Source of the DNA: Gammaproteobacteria bacterium
GTDB taxonomy: Bacteria > Pseudomonadota > Gammaproteobacteria > JABCZS01
NCBI GenBank assembly: GCA_044445605.1
Contig: JBIOEA010000002.1
Span: 40,060-104,059 of the forward strand
Direction of reading: 5' to 3'
DNA length: 64,000 nucleotides
This document shows positions 1-12,005 of the stretch, piece after piece. Made by a program: the position numbers and the translations under genes. The notes beneath the pieces were generated by a model. The model saw nothing but the letters and a program-made list of their open reading frames with translations. It was not told the DNA's origin and made no database searches. Numbering within the stretch: position 1 is the stretch's first letter; the number at the start of each line of letters is the position of its first letter.

Positions 1-577
1 TGCCACCGGCCTCGTTATATAAGAAAATCAACGCGACCAACATGAAAATCGAGCCCAAGAAGGTATACAAGAAAAATTTAATCGTTGCATACACACGGCG
101 TGGGCCACCCCAAATACCGATGATCAAGAACATCGGAATCAACAACGCTTCCCAAAATACGTAAAACAACATCGCGTCCGTTGCTAAAAATGCACCGGTC
201 ATCAAGCCTTGTAAGATTAAAAAGGCACTGTAATAGTGTGCAACGCGTGTCTCGATGACCTTCCAAGCAGCCACAACCACAATCACCGTACAAAACGCAG
301 ATAAGATCACCAAAGGCAATGCAATCCCATCCACGCCCAAGGCATACATCATGTGAAATGATCTGACCCACGGCTCAAATTCTTGCAATTGCAATGCCGC
401 ACTTGATGCATCATATAAGCATCCAATCACACACGTGATGCCGAACGTGATGACGCTCATCACCAACGCAGCCCATTTCACGGGGGTCGCACATTTATCG
501 CGCCCGAACGCTAATAGAAACAGCCCACCCACAATAGGGACCCAAATTGACAGACTCAACCATGGCAACAAAGACAT
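1..577 (-). CDS. nuoM: NADH-quinone oxidoreductase subunit M (N-terminal part, truncated by window start)
   Basis: Reverse-complement translation from ATG at 577 gives MSLLPWLSLSIWVPIVGG...FLATDAMLFYVFWEALLIPMFLIIGIWGG, a typical NuoM N-terminus. It sits 12 bp downstream of the nuoL stop in nuo operon order. It is not in the ORF track because there is no stop within the window. Confidence 0.85.
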   Translation of the reverse strand, partial: MSLLPWLSLSIWVPIVGGLFLLAFGRDKCATPVKWAALVMSVITFGITCVIGCLYDASSAALQLQEFEPWVRSFHMMYALGVDGIALPLVILSAFCTVIVVVAAWKVIETRVAHYYSAFLILQGLMTGAFLATDAMLFYVFWEALLIPMFLIIGIWGGPRRVYATIKFFLYTFLGSIFMLVALIFLYNEAGG

Positions 578-589
578 GTATATACCTCA

Positions 590-2557
590 TCAAAAGAAAC
601 GGTAAGACACCCAGGTGATCAACACGAGAACACCAATGAGTAAAATAAACGCGTACTGATTCAATAACCCCGATTGCAAGTACCGTAAACGGCTGCCAAT
701 ACGCATCACTAAATGCGCACTGCCATTCACCATGCCTTCATCGATAACTTTTACGTCACCATATTTCCAGAAGGCTTCACCCACTTCACGTGAACCCTTG
801 GCAAAGAACCAATCATTAAACGCATCGAATCCATACTTATTCACCAGTATTGCGTAAATCCAGGAGAAGCGATGTGCGAACCACGCAGGAACGGCGGGAA
901 GCTTTTCATACAGTAGATACGCTACAGCAATACCTGAGATTGCAATCCAAAACGGCAATGTCATCGGGGCATGGAATGCGAATGACCAGGCGCCATGAAA
1001 ATGGTGCGCGAGTTCCGCCAAGACATCATGCGCAGGCATCACGTGGATGCTGTTCTCAAAAAATCCGTTGCTATTGAACAACAGGTTCTCAGCAAAAATA
1101 CCGCCAATCAATACGGATGGAATGGCTAACAAAATCAACGGAACTGTCACCACCTTGGGCGATTCATGTACATGTTCTGCTGTGTGATGGTCCATTCTCG
1201 GTTTCGTATGGAATACCAAGAACAGTAAACGAAATGAGTATAACGCTGTCACGAATACGCCCATCAAAACAGCCCATTTGGCATACGTCGCGCCAGGAAT
1301 CGTTGCCAATGACACCGCTTCAATGATCACGTCTTTAGAATAGAAACCGGAAAACGGTGGAATCCCTGCCAATGCCAACGAACCCAAGACCATCGTCACA
1401 TAGGTGATCGGCATCTTGCGCCATAATCCGCCCATCTTGCGAATGTCTTGTTCATGGTGCATGGCAATAATCACCGAACCAGCTCCCAAGAACAATAAGG
1501 CTTTGAAGAACGCGTGCGTCATTAAATGGAATACGCCGGCTGCGTAGGCAGAGGCGCCCAGTGCCACGACCATGTAACCCAATTGAGAAAGCGTTGAGTA
1601 AGCAATGATCCGTTTGATATCGTTTTGCACGAGACCCAAGAAACCCATGAACAATGCCGTGGTTGCGCCAATCACCAATATAAAAGACCGTGCGACGTCG
1701 CTCATTTCAAATATCGGTGCCAAACGCGATACCATGAAAATACCCGCGGTCACCATGGTGGCAGCATGGATCAATGCGGAAATAGGTGTCGGGCCTTCCA
1801 TCGAATCAGGCAGCCAAACATGCAATGGCACTTGCGCAGACTTACCCATCGCACCAATAAATAGCATGATGCCAATAAAGGTAACGAGAGGGACGCTATA
1901 AGACCCAAGATGCATCATTTTACCTTCCAGCAAGTGCAACTTGCCGAATATTTCCATGTAGTTAAGCGTGCCAAACACAGCGAAAAGGCCTGCTATACCG
2001 AGTAGAAACCCTAAATCGCCCACGCGGTTCACGAGAAATGCTTTCATGTTCGCATAGACGGCTGTCGGTTTCTTGAACCAGAACCCGATCAATAAATAAG
2101 ACACTAGACCTACCGCTTCCCATCCGAAAAATAATTGCAATAAATTATCGGACATCACCAATGTCAACATGGCGAACGTAAATAGGGAAATATAAGAGAA
2201 AAACCGCTGGTAGCCTGGGTCATCGTGCATGTACCCAATCGTGTAGATATGAACCATTAACGACACGAACGTCACGACGTTCATCATCATCAAACTTAAC
2301 CCATCAATTTGGAAACCGATGTGTATCGATACACCCGCGACGTTACCCCACTCATAGAGGTGATAAATGAACACGGTCGGCGTGGGCTCGCTTAAATACA
2401 TGAACAATGCGGCAAGACTGCATACGAAGGATATCCCAACGCCCAGGGTTGTCACCCAATGTGCTGCATCACGGCTGATCTTACGAACACCCAGCCCCGT
2501 TATCATGGCGCCCGCTAAGGGAAACAACACCACACAAAGACATAAAAGCTTTAGCAT
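590..2557 (-). CDS. nuoL: NADH-quinone oxidoreductase subunit L
   Basis: 655-aa polytopic membrane protein with NuoL/ND5 antiporter-like motifs; position in nuo operon order. Confidence 0.9.
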   Translation of the reverse strand: MLKLLCLCVVLFPLAGAMITGLGVRKISRDAAHWVTTLGVGISFVCSLAALFMYLSEPTPTVFIYHLYEWGNVAGVSIHIGFQIDGLSLMMMNVVTFVSLMVHIYTIGYMHDDPGYQRFFSYISLFTFAMLTLVMSDNLLQLFFGWEAVGLVSYLLIGFWFKKPTAVYANMKAFLVNRVGDLGFLLGIAGLFAVFGTLNYMEIFGKLHLLEGKMMHLGSYSVPLVTFIGIMLFIGAMGKSAQVPLHVWLPDSMEGPTPISALIHAATMVTAGIFMVSRLAPIFEMSDVARSFILVIGATTALFMGFLGLVQNDIKRIIAYSTLSQLGYMVVALGASAYAAGVFHLMTHAFFKALLFLGAGSVIIAMHHEQDIRKMGGLWRKMPITYVTMVLGSLALAGIPPFSGFYSKDVIIEAVSLATIPGATYAKWAVLMGVFVTALYSFRLLFLVFHTKPRMDHHTAEHVHESPKVVTVPLILLAIPSVLIGGIFAENLLFNSNGFFENSIHVMPAHDVLAELAHHFHGAWSFAFHAPMTLPFWIAISGIAVAYLLYEKLPAVPAWFAHRFSWIYAILVNKYGFDAFNDWFFAKGSREVGEAFWKYGDVKVIDEGMVNGSAHLVMRIGSRLRYLQSGLLNQYAFILLIGVLVLITWVSYRFF

Positions 2558-2560
2558 GCC

Positions 2561-2866
2561 CTACCCCTTTAACTGATTTAAGGCTTCAACATCGATGGTG
2601 CGTCTTTGTCTGAAGAGCACAACCAATATCGCTAACCCAATGGCGGCTTCAGCAGCAGCCACAGTGAGAATGAAAAATACAAATACTTCGCCCGTGGTTT
2701 GATTCAAAAACCGCGAGAAAGCCACAAAATTGGTGTTCACTGCCAATAACATCAGCTCAATGCACATCAATAAATGGATCAAGCTCTTACGGTTAATCGC
2801 AATCCCAAAGGCTGCAATGCCGAATAAGAGGCTGGAGATGATTAGATAGTCATGAATGCTCAGCAT
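2561..2866 (-). CDS. nuoK: NADH-quinone oxidoreductase subunit K
   Basis: 101-aa 3-TM protein; operon position between nuoJ and nuoL. Confidence 0.85.
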   Translation of the reverse strand: MLSIHDYLIISSLLFGIAAFGIAINRKSLIHLLMCIELMLLAVNTNFVAFSRFLNQTTGEVFVFFILTVAAAEAAIGLAILVVLFRQRRTIDVEALNQLKG

Positions 2867-3498
2867 TATTTCACCTCAGTCAACGCCGAATCAGGCGTGA
2901 TGTCTTTTAATAGCGTCAATCTGTCGGAACCCTTCGTCTTGATTTGTTCCTCAATGTTTTGGCTCTTACGCTGACGTGGGCCGCGTGCCGTTAAACCAAT
3001 CGCTGCAATGATCGCGACGGTCAAAATCAGACCAGCCACTTCAAAGGGAAACAGATAGTCTGTGTACAATGACGTACCCAGCGCCGCAATATTACTGTAA
3101 TTGATGGGCATGATGGGCAGAATGTCGAGCTTTGCCATCAACGCATCTTTACCAAACAACCAAATGATCTGCCCCATCAAACATACAGCCAATAAAATAC
3201 CGATCGGCAAGTAACGTGCAAAACCTTCTGTAAAAGGCGCAACGTTCATGTTCAACATCATCACGACGAACAAGAACAAGACCATTACCGCTCCAACATA
3301 CACCAAAATCAGTGTCAAGGCTAAGAATTCGGATTGCAATAACATCCACAAACCTGCCATCGAAACGAAGGTCAGTACAAGCGATAATACAGCGCGAACA
3401 GGGTTACGTGAGAACACAACCATCCCCGCACCAAATAATGCCACCGCAGAGAATGCGTAAAACATTAGCTTGATAAAATCTATCTTAATATCCATCAC
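2866..3498 (-). CDS. nuoJ: NADH-quinone oxidoreductase subunit J
   Basis: 210-aa membrane protein, operon position. Confidence 0.8.
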   Translation of the reverse strand: MMDIKIDFIKLMFYAFSAVALFGAGMVVFSRNPVRAVLSLVLTFVSMAGLWMLLQSEFLALTLILVYVGAVMVLFLFVVMMLNMNVAPFTEGFARYLPIGILLAVCLMGQIIWLFGKDALMAKLDILPIMPINYSNIAALGTSLYTDYLFPFEVAGLILTVAIIAAIGLTARGPRQRKSQNIEEQIKTKGSDRLTLLKDITPDSALTEVK

Positions 3499-3507
3499 TC
3501 ACCTCGA

Positions 3508-4011
3508 TTAGCGGTACGGCGCATCTTGTGCCCTGTCGGCAGCCAATTGCTTTTCGTATTTATCACCCATAGCCAACAATTGTGGCTTGGTCATGATTGA
3601 CTCTGCACGGCTCTCAAATGCATATTCAGAAATATTTGTTTCAACAATCGAATCTACGGGGCACGATTCTTCGCAGAACCCGCAGTAAATGCATTTGAAT
3701 AAATCAATGTCATAACGTGTCGTACGGCGTGTACCATCTTCGCGAGGCGCCGAATCAATCGTGATCGCCAATGCGGGGCAAACAGCTTCGCACAATTTGC
3801 AGGCGATACAACGTTCTTCACCATTAGGATAACGACGCAATGCGTGCAAACCACGAAAGCGCGGCGACTTCGGTGTTTTTTGCTCGGGATACATCAACGT
3901 GAGCTTACGGCTGAATAAATGCCGACCAGTCACACGCAAGCCTTGCAGCAGCTCCCAAAGTAAAAACGTTTTGAAAAAATGTTTTATGTGTTCCATATCA
4001 CCCTCAAGCAA
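3508..4011 (-). CDS. nuoI: NADH-quinone oxidoreductase subunit I (2x[4Fe-4S] ferredoxin-type)
   Basis: Two CxxCxxCxxxCP motifs ([24 protein letters not shown]); operon position. Confidence 0.9.
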   Translation of the reverse strand: MLEGDMEHIKHFFKTFLLWELLQGLRVTGRHLFSRKLTLMYPEQKTPKSPRFRGLHALRRYPNGEERCIACKLCEAVCPALAITIDSAPREDGTRRTTRYDIDLFKCIYCGFCEESCPVDSIVETNISEYAFESRAESIMTKPQLLAMGDKYEKQLAADRAQDAPYR

Positions 4012-5032
4012 ACCATGGCGGCAGTTTCATCGTGATCATCACGGCCAAGACAACAATCCAAACGAGTGTAACAGGAATGAATATCTTCCAGCCCAAACGC
4101 ATGAGTTGATCGTATCTAAACCGTGGGAATGTCGCGCGGAACCACAAATACAAGAATAAGAAAATACTTGTTTTGGCTAACAACCAGAAAATACCCGGTA
4201 TCCATGCCGTTGCCGTGGATAATACAGGAATACCGTCAAACGGTGAATGCCAACCACCCAAATAGAATATCGCGGCCAACACAGCCATCAAAATCATGTT
4301 CGCGTATTCTGCTAAGAAGAATACCGCAAACGCCATCCCCGAGTATTCAACATGGAACCCCGCCACAATTTCTGATTCACCTTCCGCTAAGTCAAAGGGC
4401 GCGCGGTTGGTTTCTGCCACCGCTGCAATCCAATGGACTACAAACAATGGGAACAAGGGAATAAAGAACCAATGCCATAATCCACCCGATTGCGCATTCA
4501 CAATCTCAGTGAGATTCAATGAGCCTGCGGCCATCAAAACACCGACCAAGGCAAACCCCATCGCAATTTCATATGAAATGATTTGTGCCGCAGAACGCAA
4601 TGCGCCTAATAACGCATATTTGGAATTGGATGCCCAACCGGCGATCACAATGCCATACACGCCCAGAGACGTCATGGCTAATATATAGAGTACGCCTGCG
4701 TTGACGTTCGCCAACACGGCATTGCCTTGAAACGGCACCACCGCCCAAGCAGCCAGTGACGAAGCCATCGTGATCATCGGGGCGATCAAGAATAAAAACC
4801 AGTTTGCTTTCGTAGGAAGAATGACTTCCTTCAGAAATAACTTGATACCGTCAGCAATCGGTTGCAATAATCCCAAAGGACCGACACGATTAGGACCGAC
4901 ACGATCTTGCATGTAACCAATGATCTTACGCTCCGCATACATTAAATATGCCACGCCCAAAATAACAGGCAGTACGATACATGCTGATTTCACCACGATC
5001 CAGAAAAGTGTTATCAATAATTCCATGCTCAT
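4004..5032 (-). CDS. nuoH: NADH-quinone oxidoreductase subunit H
   Basis: 342-aa membrane protein with ND1/NuoH signature; operon order. Confidence 0.9.
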   Translation of the reverse strand: MSMELLITLFWIVVKSACIVLPVILGVAYLMYAERKIIGYMQDRVGPNRVGPLGLLQPIADGIKLFLKEVILPTKANWFLFLIAPMITMASSLAAWAVVPFQGNAVLANVNAGVLYILAMTSLGVYGIVIAGWASNSKYALLGALRSAAQIISYEIAMGFALVGVLMAAGSLNLTEIVNAQSGGLWHWFFIPLFPLFVVHWIAAVAETNRAPFDLAEGESEIVAGFHVEYSGMAFAVFFLAEYANMILMAVLAAIFYLGGWHSPFDGIPVLSTATAWIPGIFWLLAKTSIFLFLYLWFRATFPRFRYDQLMRLGWKIFIPVTLVWIVVLAVMITMKLPPWFA

Positions 5033-7332
5033 TGCTCACCTCCTACTTGGATTTGGGCAAACCCAGCGCCTAATGTCGTTTGGTCTTTCAGCCCGTATGC
5101 AACAAAAACACTGTGCTCAGGTAAGCGTTTGTTCAATACCAACGGCAAATGCGCTTGGTTATCGCCTTGTGAAACACGCACTAACTCGCCTTCTTTCAAT
5201 CCCAATGAATCAAATAAGGATTGAGGCACATGAACACCTTGTACCCACTTCATGTCATTTGTCGCTTGCAAGGGCTCAGAACGACGCGTCAACATGTCGA
5301 CAGCGTAGATCGGCGTTTCGGCGAGACGTATATAGCCGCCGCTGTTCATGGATTTAGGCGAATGTGCAGGAGCGGTCCACTCGCCGCGCGAAGGACAAAT
5401 ATTCTTCGCCCCTACCACCTTATTTAAATTGTCCTGAACATCCTCTAGCGTATCATAGGCCATGTTTTCCAAACGATTCAAATCGGCCAATGCACGGAAA
5501 ATCTTCCATGCAGGACGTGCCTCATTTTTAGGCAAGACGGCCGCCTTGAAGGATTGAGAATCGCCTTGAACGTTCACAAACGATCCACTCATTTCAGAGA
5601 ACGGTGTGGCTGGCAATAATACATCAGCCCACTCGCGCATCGAAGCACTTGCATGACTTGTGATGCACACGACTGCTTCTGCAGAACGCAATGCTTTCTT
5701 CACAGGAGCACCGTAAGCGCAATCCAATGGCGGCTCAACATTCAATAGTACATAGGCTTTGCAAGGTTGTTCGAACATTTGCATCGCATTTTTGCCAACG
5801 GTCACGGATTGTGCACCCGGACCGCGATGTGGCACACATCCCGAAATCCAAGCACCCGCACTGTTCGCCCCTTCGGTCAATAAACCGAGATGCGCGTTGT
5901 ATTGTTTTGCCAATGCTTGTGCTGCATGGCGAATATGGGCCGCATGTGGGTGATGCAATGCTTGCGCACCCAACAAAATCGCCATCTTTTCGCCAGACTT
6001 CAATACGTCTGCGGCTTCACGGCTTGCTTGTGACAAAGCAGATAATAAATCACCGCGATCCGCCACGAATGATACGGCTCCCGGCAAGTTCATATCATGA
6101 TGCATCATGTCGACGACAATCACTTTCGCGCCATGATGTGCTGCTTTATAAGCACGATGCCACAATAAAGGTTGTTCTTTACGTAAATGCGAACCTATCA
6201 GCACGATCACATCCGCTTTTTCGAGCTCAGCAATCGTCATGCCTAAATTCGGATACAGCGGGAACGCATCTTCATCAGAAAAATCTTGGACTTTCAAACG
6301 GTGGTCAATGTTTGCCACACCCAAACCACGTAGGAAGGATTGCATCATGTGCATGTTTTCAGTCGTTTCACTCGGAGAGACTAAAGCACCCACTGCGTCA
6401 GCGCCGTCTTCATGTAATACTTTTTGTAATGCATTAACCGTGTGTTCCAATGCAGTTGCCCAGTCCGTCACGCGCCATTTGCCATCGATTTTAATCTCAG
6501 GCTTGGTGAGACGATCAGACGACGCAATACCATGAATGGCATAACGATCACGGTCCGACAACCAAACTTCGTTGATCGATTCGCATTCGCGTGGCACGGC
6601 ACGCATGACTTCGTTACGACGTTCGTGTAAAAACAGATGTGAACCCACGCAATCATGCGCGCTGATCATGGCTCGTTGGTTTAATTCCCAAGGACGTGCT
6701 TTGAATTGGAATGGCTTGTTCGTGAGCGCGCCCACAGGACAGATATCAATCACGTTACCGGATAATTCGGAATCCACGTTCTTTTTAACGAACGTTGTGA
6801 TCTTCGTGAACTCACCGCGGCCCACAGCACCTAATTCGCGGATGCCAGAGATTTCATCACCAAAGCGAACACAACGCGTGCAATGAATGCAACGGGTCAT
6901 GTAGGTTGCCACTAATGGGCCGAGATCAGGATCTTCAACGCTACGTTTGCCTTCGCTGTATTCAGAAATGCCTTCACCGTACCCCATCGATACGTCTTGC
7001 AATTCACACTCGCCGCCCTGATCGCACACCGGACAATCCAGCGGGTGGTTAATCAATAAAAATTCCATGACAATGCGCTGTGCTTCGAGTGCCATCGAAG
7101 AACGTGTGAAAACTTTCATGCCTTCTGTGATCGGCGTTGCGCATGCGGGCAGAGGCTTTGGCGCCTTTTCAACTTGCACCAAACACATCCGGCAGTTAGC
7201 CGCAATCGATAATTTTTTGTGATAGCAAAACCGTGGAATACGAATATTATTTTCGTCCGCGACTTCAATGATCATCTGGCCTTGTTCGGCTTCGACAGGC
7301 TTGCCGTTGATTTCAAATGTTACTTTGCTCAT
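5029..7332 (-). CDS. nuoG: NADH-quinone oxidoreductase subunit G (75-kDa Fe-S / molybdopterin-like subunit)
   Basis: N-terminal 2Fe-2S and 4Fe-4S cysteine clusters ([17 protein letters not shown]..., [20 protein letters not shown]); 767 aa; operon order. Confidence 0.9.
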   Translation of the reverse strand: MSKVTFEINGKPVEAEQGQMIIEVADENNIRIPRFCYHKKLSIAANCRMCLVQVEKAPKPLPACATPITEGMKVFTRSSMALEAQRIVMEFLLINHPLDCPVCDQGGECELQDVSMGYGEGISEYSEGKRSVEDPDLGPLVATYMTRCIHCTRCVRFGDEISGIRELGAVGRGEFTKITTFVKKNVDSELSGNVIDICPVGALTNKPFQFKARPWELNQRAMISAHDCVGSHLFLHERRNEVMRAVPRECESINEVWLSDRDRYAIHGIASSDRLTKPEIKIDGKWRVTDWATALEHTVNALQKVLHEDGADAVGALVSPSETTENMHMMQSFLRGLGVANIDHRLKVQDFSDEDAFPLYPNLGMTIAELEKADVIVLIGSHLRKEQPLLWHRAYKAAHHGAKVIVVDMMHHDMNLPGAVSFVADRGDLLSALSQASREAADVLKSGEKMAILLGAQALHHPHAAHIRHAAQALAKQYNAHLGLLTEGANSAGAWISGCVPHRGPGAQSVTVGKNAMQMFEQPCKAYVLLNVEPPLDCAYGAPVKKALRSAEAVVCITSHASASMREWADVLLPATPFSEMSGSFVNVQGDSQSFKAAVLPKNEARPAWKIFRALADLNRLENMAYDTLEDVQDNLNKVVGAKNICPSRGEWTAPAHSPKSMNSGGYIRLAETPIYAVDMLTRRSEPLQATNDMKWVQGVHVPQSLFDSLGLKEGELVRVSQGDNQAHLPLVLNKRLPEHSVFVAYGLKDQTTLGAGFAQIQVGGEQ

Positions 7333-7339
7333 CTATAAA

Positions 7340-7458
7340 CCCCTAGAGGGCGAAACATGTTTCGCCGCTACATACAAATCCCCCGCCTCGAAATACTCGG
7401 CCGCCCCCTTTTCAAAGGGGGCAAGAGGCTCCCCCGCCTCGGAATACTCGGCCGCCAT
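7340..7458. repeat. Composite REP-like intergenic repeat, copy 1 (between nuoG and nuoF). Modules: palindrome GGGCGAAACATGTTTCGCC, CCCCGCCTCGGAATACTCGGCCGCC (present twice) and CCCCTTTT..AAAGGGGG
   Basis: Direct comparison with copies at 38535-38632 and 53555-53630 (reverse orientation). Confidence 0.8.
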
Positions 7459-7466
7459 GACGCGTC

Positions 7467-8720
7467 CTACTTTTGCACCAGCGCATCAAATTCCGATCTA
7501 AAATGCTTGATAAAACTCAACACCGGCATCGCTGCCGCATCCGCCAATGCACAAATAGTGCGGCCCATCATTTTATTGGACACCGCTTGAAGCTTGTCCA
7601 AATCTTCTGATGTTCCTTCACCCTGCAGCACACGATGCAACATACGTGACAACCAACCCGTGCCTTCACGGCAAGGCGTGCATTGTCCGCAGGATTCTTC
7701 AAAATAAAATTCAGAGATGCGTGCCAACACTTTCACCATGTCTGTCGTATCGTCCATCACAATAACGGAGCCCGCGCCTAACATGCTGCCCGCTTTCGAC
7801 AAGGATTCATAATCCATGTTCACGTCCATCATGATGTGTGCCGGCAAAACAGGCACAGATGAACCACCTGGAATCACCGCCTTCAACGGACGATCAGTTA
7901 ACATGCCGCCTGCCATTTCTAGCAATGTTTTAAACGGTGTTCCCATCGGGACTTCATAATTACCAGGACGTTTCACGTGACCCGATACAGAAAATATCTT
8001 TGTACCACCGCTTTTTTCAGTGCCCATCTTGGCAAACCACTCTGCGCCCTTTTCCAAAATCACCGGCACAGATGCATAGCTTTCCGTGTTATTGATGATC
8101 GTAGGACGCCCATACAAACCAAAGTTTGCAGGAAAAGGTGGTTTGAAACGAGGTAAGCCCTTCTTCCCTTCGAGGGATTCGAGCAAGGCGGTTTCTTCTC
8201 CACAAATGTAAGCGCCAGCACCAATCGTATTGTGCAATTCGAAATCAACGCCACTACCCAAAATATTTTTGCCAATCAATCCAGCGTTGCGCGCTTCAGC
8301 CAGCGCTTTCTCGCATGCTTCAAATGGTTCAACATATTCACCACGAATATAGTTGTAGCCCAGCGTTGCGTTCAAGATGTACCCGGCGATGGCCATCCCT
8401 TCAATCAATTGATGTGGATTATAACGAAGAATATCCCGATCCTTAAATGTGCCTGGTTCGCCTTCGTCTGAATTGCACACCACAAATTTTTGCCCTTCGC
8501 GATGACGTGGCATAAAACTCCACTTCAATCCTGTCGGAAAGCCCGCGCCACCGCGGCCACGCAATCCAGACTTTTTGATTTCTTCAATCAATTCATCTGC
8601 AGAAGGTTTGTCTTTTAATATGCGACGCCAAACGGAATAGCCGCCGAGTGCTTCGTACGTTGCCAATGAAGCCGGATCTTGTTTATCCAGGGTGCGGAAA
8701 CAAACTTGGTTGATCAGCAT
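7467..8720 (-). CDS. nuoF: NADH-quinone oxidoreductase subunit F (NADH/FMN-binding, 4Fe-4S)
   Basis: 417 aa; [17 protein letters not shown] motif and Cys cluster ([12 protein letters not shown]); operon order. Confidence 0.9.
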   Translation of the reverse strand: MLINQVCFRTLDKQDPASLATYEALGGYSVWRRILKDKPSADELIEEIKKSGLRGRGGAGFPTGLKWSFMPRHREGQKFVVCNSDEGEPGTFKDRDILRYNPHQLIEGMAIAGYILNATLGYNYIRGEYVEPFEACEKALAEARNAGLIGKNILGSGVDFELHNTIGAGAYICGEETALLESLEGKKGLPRFKPPFPANFGLYGRPTIINNTESYASVPVILEKGAEWFAKMGTEKSGGTKIFSVSGHVKRPGNYEVPMGTPFKTLLEMAGGMLTDRPLKAVIPGGSSVPVLPAHIMMDVNMDYESLSKAGSMLGAGSVIVMDDTTDMVKVLARISEFYFEESCGQCTPCREGTGWLSRMLHRVLQGEGTSEDLDKLQAVSNKMMGRTICALADAAAMPVLSFIKHFRSEFDALVQK

Positions 8721-9211
8721 GACCCCTCCCGTGTTTTCGCCAAAATCTCATCAATACGCTCTGGCGTTAAATTCTCATAATAAGTCTTGTCAACTTGCAT
8801 CGCCGGTGCGCCACCGCAAGCACCTAAACATTCCACGTGACGTAATGTGAATTGCTTGTCTTCGGTCGTTTCATTGAAATCGATCTTCAATGTTTTCTTT
8901 AGATGATCAACCACTTTCTCAGAACCACGCAACATGCAAGAAATGTTCGTGCAGACACAAATTTTATGCTGACCACGGGGTTTCAAATCGTACATGGAAT
9001 AGAATGTCGCGACTTCGTACACGCCAATAGGAGGCATGCCTAAATAATCAGCCACAGCATCCATCATTGGCGTGGATAAATACCCTTCTTTATCTTGCAC
9101 CCATGTCAACGCAGGAATCACCGCGGATCTTTTTTGATCAGCAGGAAACTTTGCTACCCACACATCAATCTCGTTTTTGAGAGCATCACTTAACAGATAT
9201 ACGTCACTCAT
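8714..9211 (-). CDS. nuoE: NADH-quinone oxidoreductase subunit E (2Fe-2S)
   Basis: 165 aa, thioredoxin-like 2Fe-2S protein with conserved Cys; operon order. Confidence 0.88.
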   Translation of the reverse strand: MSDVYLLSDALKNEIDVWVAKFPADQKRSAVIPALTWVQDKEGYLSTPMMDAVADYLGMPPIGVYEVATFYSMYDLKPRGQHKICVCTNISCMLRGSEKVVDHLKKTLKIDFNETTEDKQFTLRHVECLGACGGAPAMQVDKTYYENLTPERIDEILAKTREGSC

Positions 9212-10461
9212 CAGCGATCTATCTCCCCAAATACTATGTCTTGCGTTCCGATAATAGTGACCACGTCAGATAACATGTGGCCTTTCACCATTTCATCCAA
9301 TGCCGCTAAATGCGAGAACCCTGCTGCGCGTACTTTCAAACGGTACGGTTTGTTCGCGCCGTCAGAGATTAAATACACGCCAAATTCGCCTTTCGGATGC
9401 TCGACTGCTGCGTACGCTTCGCCCGCTGGAATGCAGAACCCTTCCGAGAATAATTTAAAGTGGTGAATCATCGCTTCCATGTCATTTTTCATGACTTCAC
9501 GCTTCGGTGGCACCACTTTGACATCATCTGCCATCACAGGGCCAGGATTGATGCGTAACCAATCAATGCATTGACGAATAATGTGATTGGATTGACGCAT
9601 TTCGGCCATGCGGACCAAATAACGATCGTAACTGTCACCGGTTTTGCCGACAGGAATATCAAAATCAAGTTTGTCGTATACCGCGTAAGGTTGTTTTTTA
9701 CGTAAATCCCATGCAACACCAGAACCACGCAACATCGGGCCTGTAAACCCTAATGCAATCGCACGTTCTGCCGAAACAACACCAATGTTGACGGTACGCT
9801 GCTTCCAAATACGATTGTCGGTGAGCAATGTTTCATATTCATCGACACATTTAGGAAAACGATTCACAAAATCTTCAATGAAATCTAAAAATGAACCTTG
9901 ACGATTGGCATTGCGCCATTTCAACTCTTTTGCTTTGAATTCCGTGGGATTGTAAGGTGCCATGCGATCGGGCAAATCACGGTAAACACCACCAGGACGG
10001 TAATACGTGGCATGTAAACGTGCGCCGGATACAGCTTCATAGCAATCCATTAAATCTTCACGCTCACGGAATGCATACAAGAACATGGTCATTGCGCCCA
10101 CGTCGAGCGCATGCGCACCAATCCATAGGAGGTGATTCAAGATACGGGTGATTTCATCAAACATCACACGAATGTACTGAGCGCGGATCGGCGCTGTGAT
10201 GCCCAATAATTTTTCCATCGCTAATACGTAACCGTGTTCGTTACACATCATGGACACGTAATCTAAACGGTCCATGTAGCCAATGCTTTGATTGTAAGGT
10301 TTGGTTTCAGCCAATTTTTCAGTGGCGCGGTGCAATAACCCGACATGTGGATCGGCATGCACGACTGTTTCACCATCCAATTCAAGGATCAAGCGCAACA
10401 CACCGTGTGCCGCAGGATGTTGAGGACCAAAATTGAGGGTGTAATTCTTAATATCTGCCAT
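9211..10461 (-). CDS. nuoD: NADH-quinone oxidoreductase subunit D (49-kDa subunit, separate from NuoC)
   Basis: 416 aa; strong similarity to Nqo4/NuoD family (…[12 protein letters not shown]…); operon order. Confidence 0.9.
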   Translation of the reverse strand: MADIKNYTLNFGPQHPAAHGVLRLILELDGETVVHADPHVGLLHRATEKLAETKPYNQSIGYMDRLDYVSMMCNEHGYVLAMEKLLGITAPIRAQYIRVMFDEITRILNHLLWIGAHALDVGAMTMFLYAFREREDLMDCYEAVSGARLHATYYRPGGVYRDLPDRMAPYNPTEFKAKELKWRNANRQGSFLDFIEDFVNRFPKCVDEYETLLTDNRIWKQRTVNIGVVSAERAIALGFTGPMLRGSGVAWDLRKKQPYAVYDKLDFDIPVGKTGDSYDRYLVRMAEMRQSNHIIRQCIDWLRINPGPVMADDVKVVPPKREVMKNDMEAMIHHFKLFSEGFCIPAGEAYAAVEHPKGEFGVYLISDGANKPYRLKVRAAGFSHLAALDEMVKGHMLSDVVTIIGTQDIVFGEIDR

Positions 10462-11144
10462 TATTTACCCTCTTCTAGCAAGTAACGATTATCATCGCGG
10501 ATCACTTTTGGTACGAGTACACGCGGCTCAATGCTCACGGGCTGATACACCACACGTTGTTGTACTTCATCGTAACGTACTTCGACATAACCAGAGATGG
10601 GGAAATCTTTGCGGAATGGATGGCCAATAAAGCCATAATCCGTGAGAATACGACGCAAATCTGGATGCCCTTCGAACATAATGCCGAACAAATCATACGC
10701 TTCACGTTCAAACCAATTCGCAGAGGGCCAAATATCGTTCACGCTTTTGATGGTCAGGTCGTTATCGTCGACAAACGCTTTGACACGAATGCGATGGTTG
10801 TGGACTAAGGACAATAAATGATAGACAGCGGCAAAGCGCGGGCCGTTATCGCGTTTGACAACCATTACGCCACGGCTAAAACCCGTATTGGGCGCGGTGT
10901 CTGTTTTCCACTCATCTTGGCCGTAGGTGAGGTAATCCACGCCACAGACGTCGATAAGCTGTTCAAAGGCTAAATCAGCGGTATCGCGCAGTTTCAAACA
11001 AGCCGCATGGCAATCAGTGGCCTTGACTTCAACGGTCAGCTCACCGACGTGAACCGTCGTACTCACGACGGCATCGCCCAGTACTTTAATCACTCGTTCT
11101 TTTAATGTCTCGATGTTCATGCGTGAGCTCCCTTTACCGTGCAA
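10461..11144 (-). CDS. nuoC: NADH-quinone oxidoreductase subunit C (30-kDa subunit)
   Basis: 227 aa; operon position; not fused to nuoD. Confidence 0.85.
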   Translation of the reverse strand: MHGKGSSRMNIETLKERVIKVLGDAVVSTTVHVGELTVEVKATDCHAACLKLRDTADLAFEQLIDVCGVDYLTYGQDEWKTDTAPNTGFSRGVMVVKRDNGPRFAAVYHLLSLVHNHRIRVKAFVDDNDLTIKSVNDIWPSANWFEREAYDLFGIMFEGHPDLRRILTDYGFIGHPFRKDFPISGYVEVRYDEVQQRVVYQPVSIEPRVLVPKVIRDDNRYLLEEGK

Positions 11145-11631
11145 TGGTTTCTGTACGTTTTATTTTATTTTGCAGCTGAATGATACCCCAAATAAGGGCT
11201 TCAGCGGTAGGAGGACAGCCAGGGACATAAATGTCTACGGGCACGATGCGGTCACATCCACGGACCACAGAATAGGAATAATGATAGTACCCGCCGCCAT
11301 TGGCACAGGAACCCATGGAAATCACCCAGCGAGGTTCGGCCATCTGGTCGTACACCTTGCGAAGCGCAGGCGCCATCTTGTTGCACAGCGTCCCGGCGAC
11401 AATCATCACGTCAGATTGACGAGGGCTGGGGCGGAACACCACGCCGAAACGATCGAGATCGTAGCGGGAAGCACCGGCATGCATCATCTCAACGGCGCAG
11501 CAGGCCAACCCGAAGGTCATCGGCCACATGGAGCCGGTCCGAGCCCAGTTGATCAGCGCATCAGCAGAGGTCGTGACAAAGCCTTTTTCTAAAATACCTT
11601 CTATTCCCATTCTAAGGCTCCCTTTTTCCAC
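11134..11631 (-). CDS. nuoB: NADH-quinone oxidoreductase subunit B (20-kDa, 4Fe-4S N2)
   Basis: 165 aa; CCAVEMM...[14 protein letters not shown]...GCPP motifs. Confidence 0.9.
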   Translation of the reverse strand: MEKGSLRMGIEGILEKGFVTTSADALINWARTGSMWPMTFGLACCAVEMMHAGASRYDLDRFGVVFRPSPRQSDVMIVAGTLCNKMAPALRKVYDQMAEPRWVISMGSCANGGGYYHYSYSVVRGCDRIVPVDIYVPGCPPTAEALIWGIIQLQNKIKRTETIAR

Positions 11632-11969
11632 TCATATATAAAGCCAATGGTCAGTAAACCTAAAAATATGCCCATTGCGATGAGAGGTGGCCAACCCAGC
11701 TTAGGGAAAACGACCGCCCAGGGGAATAAAAAGGCAATTTCAAGATCGAAAATGATGAAAAGAATGGCAACGAGGTAATAACGGACATCAAATTGCATGC
11801 GCGCATCTTCGAAGGGTTCGAAACCACATTCGTAAGGAGCGTCCTTTTCAACGCCTGGACGCGAGGGGGCTAATATCATCCCCATGAGGACCGGCGCAAC
11901 ACCCACTACTGCGGCAATCGCGATGAATACAATGACAGGAAGATAGTTTTCTAACATTTTGCGCCTCAC
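11601..11969 (-). CDS. nuoA: NADH-quinone oxidoreductase subunit A
   Basis: 122-aa 3-TM protein (…[13 protein letters not shown]…ECGFEPF…); first gene of the operon; true start may be the internal Met at 11957. Confidence 0.85.
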   Translation of the reverse strand: MRRKMLENYLPVIVFIAIAAVVGVAPVLMGMILAPSRPGVEKDAPYECGFEPFEDARMQFDVRYYLVAILFIIFDLEIAFLFPWAVVFPKLGWPPLIAMGIFLGLLTIGFIYEWKKGALEWE

Positions 11970-11991
11970 CCACTCTTTATAGGTCCCGCGG

Positions 11992-12000
11992 ATTATACCA
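11992..12000 (-). promoter_or_regulatory. Candidate extended -10 promoter (TGGTATAAT on minus strand) for the nuo operon. It sits in the 37-bp gap between the upstream large gene and nuoA
   Basis: Minus-strand sequence ...AAACTTTGGTATAATCCGCGGGACC... followed by GAGG RBS and nuoA ATG; no clear -35. Confidence 0.35.
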
Positions 12001-12005
12001 AAGTT

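Noticed and set aside
78-371. 97-aa minus-strand ORF from the six-frame track
   Set aside because: Lies entirely inside the nuoM coding region in a different frame. The nuoM frame (577→1) gives a canonical NuoM N-terminus, so this ORF is spurious.
5691-6437. 248-aa plus-strand ORF (and several shorter ones between 850 and 11600)
   Set aside because: Antisense to nuoG and other nuo genes, Arg/Cys/His-rich low-complexity translations with no motif support. These are typical shadow ORFs of a GC-moderate coding strand.
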